A DNA stretch of 64,000 bases from an uncultured Holophaga sp. (GTDB lineage Bacteria; Acidobacteriota; Holophagae; Holophagales; Holophagaceae), in the NCBI GenBank assembly GCA_963664825.1, contig OY761614.1:1408710-1472709 (forward strand), read 5' to 3'. The number at the start of each line of letters is the position of its first letter. Position 1 is the first letter of the stretch. The notes below the pieces were generated by a model that saw only the letters and a list, made by a program, of their open reading frames with translations, was not told the origin of the DNA and ran no database searches. Both the position numbers and the translations under genes were made by a program. Shown piece by piece: positions 16,701-24,590 of this stretch.

Positions 16701-18212
16701 ATGTTTGAAAAACTTGGCAGATTCCAGATCAAGCGACTCCTGGGGCAAGGCGCCATGGGGGAGGTCTACCTTGCCCTTGACCCCACCATCGGACGTGAAG
16801 TGGCCATCAAGACCATCCTCCCCACGGCGGCTCAAGGGCCGGAGGCCAAGGCGCGTTTCGAGCGCGAGGCGCGGGCCGCGGGGGCCCTGAACCACCCTCA
16901 TCTGGTGACCATCTACGAATTCGGCGAAGACCAGGGCGTGCTCTATATCGCCATGGAATACCTCGAAGGGCAGGATCTGGAAGAGCTATTCCGGCAGCGG
17001 ATGCTCAGCCCCAGGGAAGCCCTGGAGGTCTTGGCCCAGGCCTGCGACGGACTGAACTTCGCCCATCGCCATGGCATCGTGCACCGCGATATCAAGCCAG
17101 CCAATGTGCGTGTGACCCGGGACGGGAAGCGCCTCCACGCCAAGGTGATGGATTTCGGCGTGGCCCGGATCAGCAATTCCGATATGACCGCCACGGGCAT
17201 GGTGATGGGCACCGTCAGCTACATGGCCCCCGAATACATCCGCACCGGCAAGCCCGATTCCAGGTCCGATCTCTTCGCCATCGGCGTGATGCTCTATGAA
17301 GCGCTCTCGGGCCGCAAACCCTTTGCGGGAGACACGACCCCCACCATCCTCTACAAGATCGTCAACGAAGCCCCGGAGGCTCTCGATGCCCGGGCCCTAC
17401 AGGGCCTCAGCCCGGCCATTCGCAGGGTCCTGGACCGAGCCCTGGCCAAGGATCCCGAGGCTCGCTTCCAGACCGCCGAAGACCTAGCCAGGGCCCTGAG
17501 AGCCGTCCAGGATCCCACGTGGAGAGGCGATGCCGAGGAGGCCACCTCGTACCTCGGGGTCGAGGTTCCGACTGCGCCCATGCCTCTGCCGGCCGCTCCC
17601 CATCCTCGGCACCGATCCCGCACGGCCCTGGCCATCGGCCTGGGATGCCTCGCGCTCTTGGCCGGAGGGAGCTATGCCGCGCACCGGTTCTTGGGAACCA
17701 GGAGGATCCCTTCCAAGGGCATCACACCCGCGATGAACGAGGCCAGCGCCGCCTCCACAGCACATCCCGTCTCAACAATGCCACCCAAGGCTGTCCACCC
17801 CCCTCCAGAATCCCCCCAGGGAACGCCCCCTTCCCGCATCGCCCCGACCCCACCCCCTCGGGAAGAGCCTCAGTTCGCACCCGAGGCCCTGCGCCGGATG
17901 GATGTCCCGGAGCGCAAGAGCCTCAGCAACCTGACCATGAGCGAGGCGATCCAGCTGGCGGATAAGGACCCGACCCGCGCCCTTGAGGGCCTCCGCAACG
18001 CCATTTCAGCCAATCCCACGAACCCCAACGCCTACGCCTGGACCATCGCCCTCCTCTACGAGAACGGCCGCTACTCGGAGATCCCGCCGGTCTTCGCCAA
18101 GGCCCGCCAGCATGGCATTTCGAGGACACAGATGAACGCCAACCTCCGCTTCCGCATGGCCATGAACCGCGAGGCCCTCAACCACAGCCTCCCTGGCGAG
18201 GGGGACCAATGA
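16701..18212 (+). CDS. Hanks-type Ser/Thr protein kinase with one TM segment and a C-terminal extracytoplasmic domain
   Basis: ATG at 16701 (track ORF starts at 16662). GQGAMGEVYLA, VAIK, HRDIKPANV, DFGVA, SYMAPE. TM segment ALAIGLGCLALLAGGSYAA. Confidence 0.9.
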   Translation: MFEKLGRFQIKRLLGQGAMGEVYLALDPTIGREVAIKTILPTAAQGPEAKARFEREARAAGALNHPHLVTIYEFGEDQGVLYIAMEYLEGQDLEELFRQRMLSPREALEVLAQACDGLNFAHRHGIVHRDIKPANVRVTRDGKRLHAKVMDFGVARISNSDMTATGMVMGTVSYMAPEYIRTGKPDSRSDLFAIGVMLYEALSGRKPFAGDTTPTILYKIVNEAPEALDARALQGLSPAIRRVLDRALAKDPEARFQTAEDLARALRAVQDPTWRGDAEEATSYLGVEVPTAPMPLPAAPHPRHRSRTALAIGLGCLALLAGGSYAAHRFLGTRRIPSKGITPAMNEASAASTAHPVSTMPPKAVHPPPESPQGTPPSRIAPTPPPREEPQFAPEALRRMDVPERKSLSNLTMSEAIQLADKDPTRALEGLRNAISANPTNPNAYAWTIALLYENGRYSEIPPVFAKARQHGISRTQMNANLRFRMAMNREALNHSLPGEGDQ

Positions 18213-18910
18213 GCGCCACGTCCACCAGCTTGGAGGGCCGTCTGGGCTACCAATTCCATGACCCCTCCCTGCTGCGCCAGGCCCTGACCCACCCCTCCAG
18301 CGGCATCCAACCGGATAATCAGCGCCTGGAATTCCTCGGAGACGCCCTCTTCGGGGCGGCCCTGTCATTGCTTCTCTACCGGGAGAAGCCCCAGTGGCCT
18401 GAAGGGGCGATGACCAAGCTGGGCCATCTGCTGGTGAGCACCGATTCCCTGTTCGACTGGGCCCAGGATCTCCAACTGCGCCTCCAGCTCCCCCCCAAGG
18501 CCGACCCCAGCCACCTGAAGACCTCCTTCAGAAAGCCCCAGGCCGATGCCGTAGAAGCCCTGTTGGCGGCCATCTTCCTCGACTGCAACCAGGTCGGCGA
18601 GGACGGGTTCCAAGCGGTCTACAGGCTCATCGAGCACCGCTTCCAGGAGCCCATACGCCAGGCCGGAGCCGATTCCTGGGAGAGCCACGACACCAAGACC
18701 ACCCTGCAGGAGCGAGCCGCCAGCCGGGGGCTCCCCGCCCCGAAATATGAACTGGTGGAACGTTCAGGACCCGATCACGCCCCCACCTTCCTGGTGCGCG
18801 TCACCGTCGGGCCTCACCGGGGTCAGGCCGCGGCACGCTCACTGAAACAGGCCCAGGCAGAGGCGGCACGCAAGGTGCTGGAGTCGCTGCCCCCCCTATC
18901 CAAAGCCTAG
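18209..18910 (+). CDS. rnc: ribonuclease III
   Basis: 233 aa with an ATGA overlap on the kinase stop. NQRLEFLGDALFGAALS signature plus a C-terminal dsRBD (DTKTTLQERAASRGLPAPKYELVERSGPDHAPTFLVRV). Confidence 0.9.
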   Translation: MSATSTSLEGRLGYQFHDPSLLRQALTHPSSGIQPDNQRLEFLGDALFGAALSLLLYREKPQWPEGAMTKLGHLLVSTDSLFDWAQDLQLRLQLPPKADPSHLKTSFRKPQADAVEALLAAIFLDCNQVGEDGFQAVYRLIEHRFQEPIRQAGADSWESHDTKTTLQERAASRGLPAPKYELVERSGPDHAPTFLVRVTVGPHRGQAAARSLKQAQAEAARKVLESLPPLSKA

Positions 18911-18974
18911 TTATCTCCTCAAGGCGGGCCGCATGGGTTAAGATCCGGAGGGTGCGTCAGGGAAAGGTGTTCCT

Positions 18975-19688
18975 TTGAAGGTTTTGCCCACCCTCCAAAT
19001 CCAGAATGGATCACTTCTGCCTCGCGTCGGCTGCGACACAGGCGCTGAGGATCCCATGGAAATCACGGCCTCCCTGCTGGATCGCGGATGCAACCGTCTC
19101 TGCCTGCTGGATGTGGATGCCGCGCGGAACCAGGGCCACAACCGAGAGCTGCTCTCGCGGATCATCCGCCGCTTTCGCCAATCCACGCCAAGGGTCTGCA
19201 TCCAGGTCGGGGGGGGCATCCGGAGTTCGGACCAGGCCCAGTTCTTCCTGGACCTGGGCGTCACCTGGCTCCTGGTGGGCACCATCCTGCATCGCTCTCC
19301 GCTCATCGTGAACCAGCTCCTGGCGAGGTTCCGGGAAAACCTGACCGCAGCTATCGATGTCCGGGATGGGAAGGTCCAGGCCTCGGGATGGAAGGAGACC
19401 ATCCAGTTCAGCCCGGAGGAAGCCGCCGCCCGCATCCGAGAGCAGGGCTTCCGCCGCATCCTCTTCTCGGATATCCCAAACGGCAAGGGCGCCGCACCGG
19501 ACTTTTCCACCGCGGCCCGGATCGCCGAAGGCGGAAGGCTGCCCATGCTCATGGGTGGAAGCATCTCCGCTGCCCAACACATCGCCCAGGCTTCCACCGT
19601 GCCTGGGATCCAGGGCGTTCTCGTGGATTGCCGGATCGTCCTCCAGGGGCCGGATCTGCTTGATGCCCAGGCTCAGGCCTGCGGGTAG
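18975..19688 (+). CDS. HisA/HisF-family (beta/alpha)8 barrel protein, non-canonical
   Basis: 237 aa with a TTG start. LLDVDAARNQG..., IQVGGGIRS, AIDVRDGKV..SGW and MGGSIS blocks follow the HisA layout. The N-terminal catalytic Asp position reads QIQNG (see findings). Confidence 0.6.
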   Translation: MKVLPTLQIQNGSLLPRVGCDTGAEDPMEITASLLDRGCNRLCLLDVDAARNQGHNRELLSRIIRRFRQSTPRVCIQVGGGIRSSDQAQFFLDLGVTWLLVGTILHRSPLIVNQLLARFRENLTAAIDVRDGKVQASGWKETIQFSPEEAAARIREQGFRRILFSDIPNGKGAAPDFSTAARIAEGGRLPMLMGGSISAAQHIAQASTVPGIQGVLVDCRIVLQGPDLLDAQAQACG

Positions 19689-19696
19689 GAGACCCT

Positions 19697-21484
19697 GTGG
19701 CGGAATTCGAAGCTCCCTTCCTGGCGGGCCTATCCGAGCAGGAGAGGCTCCATTTCCGGAACCTAGCGCTCATTCGGCCTCAGCTCCCCTCCGAAAGGCA
19801 ATTCCAGCTGATCGAGGGACTGGCCCGCAATCTGACCCAGCCTCGGCTGCTCACCCTCATTGCGCGCACGCCCCACTGGCTCATCCACCCCCCCGTACTC
19901 CAGGCCCTGGCCGAGAACGAGGCGACCCCTGAACCCATCCGGCGGGATCTGGAACTGGCCGTCTCCCTGTTCGATCTCATGCACACCATGGATCGCACCC
20001 CGCCCTCCGAACGGGAGGAACGGGCCGAGACAGCCAAGGTCGTATACGCGCAGCTGCCTCCAGAGCTGAAGCCCATCGTCAAGCAGCAGCTCAAGCAACT
20101 GGCGCGGCAGGTGAACCCCACCGGGATGACTCAGGAACTTCCGGCCCTTCCCGGAGAGAATCCGGACTGGGAGAAACTCACCGAGCTCCCCTTCAGCCGT
20201 GGGGCCACCCAACCCATCACCCTTCAGGCCTCCAAGGACGAGCTCGTCTCCCGGGCCGGCAGCACCCACGTGGTCGAGGATCTGCTGGAGAGTCTGGCCA
20301 GCCCGGAGGCCGAAGTCCGCCAGGCTGCCCTGCACAATCCGATGATTTCAGAAGAACTCCTGGTGGAGGCCCTCCGCAGCTCAAGCAGCCTCGATTTTTT
20401 CGAAGAGGTCTACGGCGAGGCCCGCTGGTATTTCCGGGAGCCCATCCGCGAGGCCCTCTACGAGGCCCCGGGCCTCCCCGATTCCTTCGCGAAGAAACTG
20501 CGGGTGAGCCGAGATCTCCTCGCTCAATTATCCCAGGGTGCCAAGGGGCCCCGGACCCTCAACGAAATCGCCAGCCTCTTCACCCAACTCGATGAGACCG
20601 AATACCAGTTCATCACCTTCTGGGCCAAACGAAGCGCACCGAATCTGCTGCGGGTCATCAAGATCTTCTACGACCGTTTGCAACGCAAGCGCACTACCCA
20701 GGTCAGCGGGCTGGGCTCCCAGCCCGAGGGCCGCTGGGCCTCCCTCGAAGAGCGCGTCTTCATGGCCAATCAGTCCACTCAGCCCGAGCAGATGATGGCC
20801 GCCCTGCGGGATCCCAACCCCACGGTTTTCACCGTTGTCCTGGAGAATCCGGGCCTCACCCCCCGGGAGCTGCTCTCCGCCATCCCTGTACTGGACCAAT
20901 TCCGGGTGGAGAAGGTGGCCCATCACCACACTTGGGGAGAGATCCCGGCCATCCAGGAGGCCCTCCTCCATAGCCCAAACCTGACTCTCTCCACGGCCTT
21001 GGGGCTGCTCCATCACCTGAACACCTCCAGAGCCCTGCTGGATCTACTGAGGGACGCCCGCATTTCCCATTTGGAGGTCAAGCAGCAGGCCCTGGAAGCC
21101 CTCCGAACCCTCTACCTCTCCATGTCCATCCCCCAGCGGATCATCGCGCTCCGGGCCAGCGGGGGTGAGCTCATTCGTCACCTGCCCCAGGACGTCTTGA
21201 AGGACGAGGAGACTCTGCAGCAGATGGTGACGGATCGGCAGCTGGATCCGAGCATCCTGCTGCGCCTCGCCCGCAACAAGCAGACCCCCCGCTCAATCCT
21301 GGAGGCCATCGCCTCCCATCCCACGTTGATGGCTCATCCGCCGATCATGTCCGAACTGCTCCTCAACCCCAAGACGCCCAGGGAATCGGCGACCCGCGTC
21401 TGGGGCCTTCTCTCCGAGAGCGAACAACTCCAGCTTTTGCGCAGCCCCCATCTCCCGGCCACCCTCCGTCACCTGGCGTCCTGA
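19697..21484 (+). CDS. hypothetical alpha-helical repeat protein (LRV/HEAT-like)
   Basis: 595 aa. Recurrent (A/L)L.NP..(T)P.ELL motifs, for example ALHNPMISEELLVEAL, LENPGLTPRELLSAI, LLHSPNLTLSTALGLL, LLNPKTPRESA. No enzyme motifs. Confidence 0.45.
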   Translation: MAEFEAPFLAGLSEQERLHFRNLALIRPQLPSERQFQLIEGLARNLTQPRLLTLIARTPHWLIHPPVLQALAENEATPEPIRRDLELAVSLFDLMHTMDRTPPSEREERAETAKVVYAQLPPELKPIVKQQLKQLARQVNPTGMTQELPALPGENPDWEKLTELPFSRGATQPITLQASKDELVSRAGSTHVVEDLLESLASPEAEVRQAALHNPMISEELLVEALRSSSSLDFFEEVYGEARWYFREPIREALYEAPGLPDSFAKKLRVSRDLLAQLSQGAKGPRTLNEIASLFTQLDETEYQFITFWAKRSAPNLLRVIKIFYDRLQRKRTTQVSGLGSQPEGRWASLEERVFMANQSTQPEQMMAALRDPNPTVFTVVLENPGLTPRELLSAIPVLDQFRVEKVAHHHTWGEIPAIQEALLHSPNLTLSTALGLLHHLNTSRALLDLLRDARISHLEVKQQALEALRTLYLSMSIPQRIIALRASGGELIRHLPQDVLKDEETLQQMVTDRQLDPSILLRLARNKQTPRSILEAIASHPTLMAHPPIMSELLLNPKTPRESATRVWGLLSESEQLQLLRSPHLPATLRHLAS

Positions 21485-21492
21485 CTAAGCCC

Positions 21493-22494
21493 ATGTGCAG
21501 CGCCCGCGTAGCCATGAGGCCCAGGAACATCATGAGAATCCCCACCACCCTGATCCTCTCCACCACCCTCCTCGTCCTTGCGGGGTGTGGGACGAGGCGC
21601 CACAAAGGGCCCGACTGGGCTCTTTCGGCCCCCGATGGCACCGTCATGGCCATCTCCACCCAGGCCGGTTGGGCCATCCAGCAAAAGGAATTCCAGGGCC
21701 TCCTGGGCCGATTTCCCGTGGCCGAGCAGGCCCTCGATCTCTTCCTCAAGCGGGCCCACGTCAACCCAGCGGGGGAGACCGGACGCATCTCGCTGTATGT
21801 CACGGACCTGCATATCAATACCACCCTTCCCCGGGCCGGGGTGGAGAGCTCCAGCTTCCTCCTCCAGATGGGCGGCTTCCGGGACCCCAAGAGCCTCCTC
21901 CTGGCCGTCACCGAGGCCTTTCCCCTGGAGGGTTCGCTCCAGGTGGGAAAGCGGGAATTGCCGCTGTACGTGATCCTGGACTACAACCAGCACCACATGC
22001 GCCTCCTCTTCGACGACCAGGGGCGGATCTGGATCGGGGAACTCTCGGTTCTCGCCAGCCTTGGCAAGGTGTCGGCCCCGGCCACCCCAACCCTGCGCGC
22101 CATCGAATGGATCAATCCCCAGGCCCCCGTTCAGGGGCTTCTGCTGCCCGAAAGCCTGCTGAGGAAGGCTCCCCAAGGGTTCACCAAGGAACTCCCCAAG
22201 GGCATCCAGGCCCTGGCCTGGAGCGTGACACCGGGTTCCACCAAGGATTCGCCCCATGCCTTTGAACTGGCCATCACCGGCACCCCCGAGGGCGTCCAGC
22301 AGGTTTCCCCCTGGATCCAACGCCTAGTAGCCTTCATCAGCAGCATGCCGGGTGCGCCTTCCCGCCCCGCGGATGTCCTTGAAGAGAAAACCCGCGTGGG
22401 ACTGAGGGCCCAGCTGAACGCCTCCCAACTGGAGGCCGTCATGGCCCGCATCTCCCAGCCGGGGATCTTCAAATCCGCAGAACGGAAGCCATGA
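21493..22494 (+). CDS. hypothetical lipoprotein
   Basis: 333 aa. The signal peptide MRIPTTLILSTTLLVLAGCG has a lipobox. Start is ambiguous among three in-frame ATGs. The stop overlaps the sigma factor start (ATGA). Confidence 0.55.
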   Translation: MCSARVAMRPRNIMRIPTTLILSTTLLVLAGCGTRRHKGPDWALSAPDGTVMAISTQAGWAIQQKEFQGLLGRFPVAEQALDLFLKRAHVNPAGETGRISLYVTDLHINTTLPRAGVESSSFLLQMGGFRDPKSLLLAVTEAFPLEGSLQVGKRELPLYVILDYNQHHMRLLFDDQGRIWIGELSVLASLGKVSAPATPTLRAIEWINPQAPVQGLLLPESLLRKAPQGFTKELPKGIQALAWSVTPGSTKDSPHAFELAITGTPEGVQQVSPWIQRLVAFISSMPGAPSRPADVLEEKTRVGLRAQLNASQLEAVMARISQPGIFKSAERKP

Positions 22495-23063
22495 TCGGAG
22501 CCTTGGAGGCCCAAGCCGGGGCGGAATTCCCCCCGGAATTCTGGATGGAGCGCCTCAAGACGGGCCATGAAGAGGCCCTGGCCCATCTCATGACCCGCTT
22601 CGAGAGGCCCGTGTTTTCCTTCCTCTACCGTCGGCTCCAAGGAGAAATTGGGGTCGTGCAGGAGCTCACCCAGGAAGTATTCCTAAAGTGTCTGAAGCAC
22701 TGCGGGCGTTTCGAGGAGGGTCGACCGGTAGCGGCATGGATTTTCACCCTGGCGGCTAATGCGGCGACGGATCATCTCCGTAAACGTGGTCGGGAGCTAC
22801 CCACTCCCGAGACCTTTGACGCTCCTGACCCTCACCAGCCCTCCCCCTGGGATCAGGTGGACCAAGACCGGAGACTCCAGGCCCTCAAGGGGGCCCTGGA
22901 GGGCCTCACGCCCCGACAGCGCACGATGATCCTGGCCTACTACGTCCACGAGAGGCCCGTGAAACAGATCGCCGAGGAACTCGGATGCGCCGAGGGCACC
23001 GTCAAGGCCACCCTCTTCCAAAGCCTCGCCAAGCTACGCAAGAACCTGGATGTGACACCATGA
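22491..23063 (+). CDS. ECF-type RNA polymerase sigma factor
   Basis: 190 aa. Region 2: FERPVFSFLYRRL...QELTQEVFLKCLKH...AWIFTLAANAATDHLRKR. Region 4: LTPRQRTMILAYYVHERPVKQIAEELGCAEGTVKATLFQSLAKLRKNL. Confidence 0.85.
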   Translation: MIGALEAQAGAEFPPEFWMERLKTGHEEALAHLMTRFERPVFSFLYRRLQGEIGVVQELTQEVFLKCLKHCGRFEEGRPVAAWIFTLAANAATDHLRKRGRELPTPETFDAPDPHQPSPWDQVDQDRRLQALKGALEGLTPRQRTMILAYYVHERPVKQIAEELGCAEGTVKATLFQSLAKLRKNLDVTP

Positions 23064-23737
23064 ACTCCGCACAAGAAACCCGCCTCAAGCTTGATGCCGA
23101 GCGCTTCGAGCTTCTGGAGCACCCGGAGCAGTGGCCCGCGGACCCCGCGGTCCAGGCCGAGCTGGCCGAGCTGTTGGAGCTCCATCTGGCCCTCCAGGCC
23201 CACGCACCCGAGCTTCAGGCCTCCCTTCGCCCCGTTTCCCCAGTTCTCCGCCTGCGCTCCCACTGGCTCATGGCCGCCGCAGCCCTTTTCATGGCCATCC
23301 TACCGACCCTCTATGCCCTCCAGCACGCTCGTTCGCTCCAGCGCCAGGCTGGCCACCGGGCACGCATCGAAGCCTCCGCCCAGAAGCGCGCCCAGGGCCG
23401 TCTCTGGGCCGCCTTCTTCCAGCAATCCTCCGAGCTCATCCAGCGCTTCGGCCGGAATCCTCTGGTCTGTGAAAAGGATGGCGAAGACCGCAGTGAGGAA
23501 CGCCTGCTCGCCATGGCCCTCCTGGAGGCCAGTCGCCAGCTCGAGGGCCAGACCGTGGCCCTCCCCGAGGCCGAGACTGCCCGCAACGAGCTGCATTTCT
23601 GGCTCACCGAACTCTCCCTGGAGGATGGCTGCATGAGCCCTGAGCGCGCCGCCGAGCTCCGCCAACTGGCCAGCGCCCAGGATCTCGAAGGCCAGGCCCA
23701 GCGCCTGGGTGAAATCCTGAAAGCCCAGGGGTCCTGA
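23060..23737 (+). CDS. putative anti-sigma factor (single TM)
   Basis: Track ORF 22985..23737 trimmed to the ATG at 23060 (ATGA overlap with the sigma stop). TM segment WLMAAAALFMAILPTLYAL. The call rests on position and topology only. Confidence 0.5.
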   Translation: MNSAQETRLKLDAERFELLEHPEQWPADPAVQAELAELLELHLALQAHAPELQASLRPVSPVLRLRSHWLMAAAALFMAILPTLYALQHARSLQRQAGHRARIEASAQKRAQGRLWAAFFQQSSELIQRFGRNPLVCEKDGEDRSEERLLAMALLEASRQLEGQTVALPEAETARNELHFWLTELSLEDGCMSPERAAELRQLASAQDLEGQAQRLGEILKAQGS

Positions 23738-24552
23738 TGCTGCTCTGGGTTCTTATCGCCTTCGCGCCCTCGGGCTCCACACCGGAACCCCGGGAGCTCC
23801 CTCGCCGAGTGGTCCAGGAGGCCCCGGGAAGAGCGCTCGTACGGGAGGCGAAGTCCCTCCGTTACGCCCAACGATTCTTCGAAGCCGCCGCCCTCTATCG
23901 CCGCTACCTAGCCCAATACCCCAACTCCGATCAGAGCGCCGAAGCCCGCTTCTGGCTGGCGGCCACCCTGGAACAGGATCAGCGCTGGGACGAGGCCGCC
24001 AACGCCTATGGCGATTTTCTGGCCCGGCACCCTGACGAACGGATGCTGGGCAAGGAGGCCCGATTGAACCGGGTGCGCTGCTGGGGCATCCGCCAGGGGC
24101 AGTCCCCAGCGGCCACCCCAGGACTCCTGGGGGCCCTGGCCGACGAGGCCCCGGAGGTGCGCGTGGCCTCCGCGCTCCAGCTCGCCAAGACGCGGGATCG
24201 GCGTGCCGTGGATATCCTCCACCAGGGCCTCGGCATGTCGGCCTATGCCGATGCCTGCAGCTTGGCGCTCATCGGCTTCGGCGTGAAGCCCGGAACCGTG
24301 TCCAGCCAGACCAATCGTTTCCTGGTCATGCGCATCCGGGAGAAGAGCAAGGGCGAGCCCGTCACCATCCGCCTCGCCCTGGGACTCGCCCGGGCCCTGG
24401 AGAATTACCTCACCGACGAACAGATCCGCCAGGCCCGCACCAAGGGCATCGAACTGGGGAACCTCTCCGACCACGCAGCCAACCTGCCCAAGGGCTCCGT
24501 GCTGTTCTCCGTGGAAGACGGTAAGAGCAACGTCACCGTGACGGTGGAATAG
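23737..24552 (+). CDS. secreted TPR/HEAT-repeat protein
   Basis: 271 aa. N-terminal hydrophobic leader. TPR-like FFEAAALYRRYLAQYPNSDQSAEARFWLA. HEAT-like EVRVASALQLAKTRDRRAVDILHQGL. Start overlaps the anti-sigma stop (TGATG). Confidence 0.5.
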   Translation: MLLWVLIAFAPSGSTPEPRELPRRVVQEAPGRALVREAKSLRYAQRFFEAAALYRRYLAQYPNSDQSAEARFWLAATLEQDQRWDEAANAYGDFLARHPDERMLGKEARLNRVRCWGIRQGQSPAATPGLLGALADEAPEVRVASALQLAKTRDRRAVDILHQGLGMSAYADACSLALIGFGVKPGTVSSQTNRFLVMRIREKSKGEPVTIRLALGLARALENYLTDEQIRQARTKGIELGNLSDHAANLPKGSVLFSVEDGKSNVTVTVE

Positions 24553-24590
24553 TCCTCGGCGGGTAAGCTAGAGATCCCACAGGACAACCA

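Noticed and set aside
16557-16901. Upstream extension of the DUF4388 ORF to 16901
   Set aside because: It would overlap the divergent kinase start (16701) by 200 nt and encodes Arg/Gly-rich sequence. GTG at 16556 has a GGAGAA RBS.
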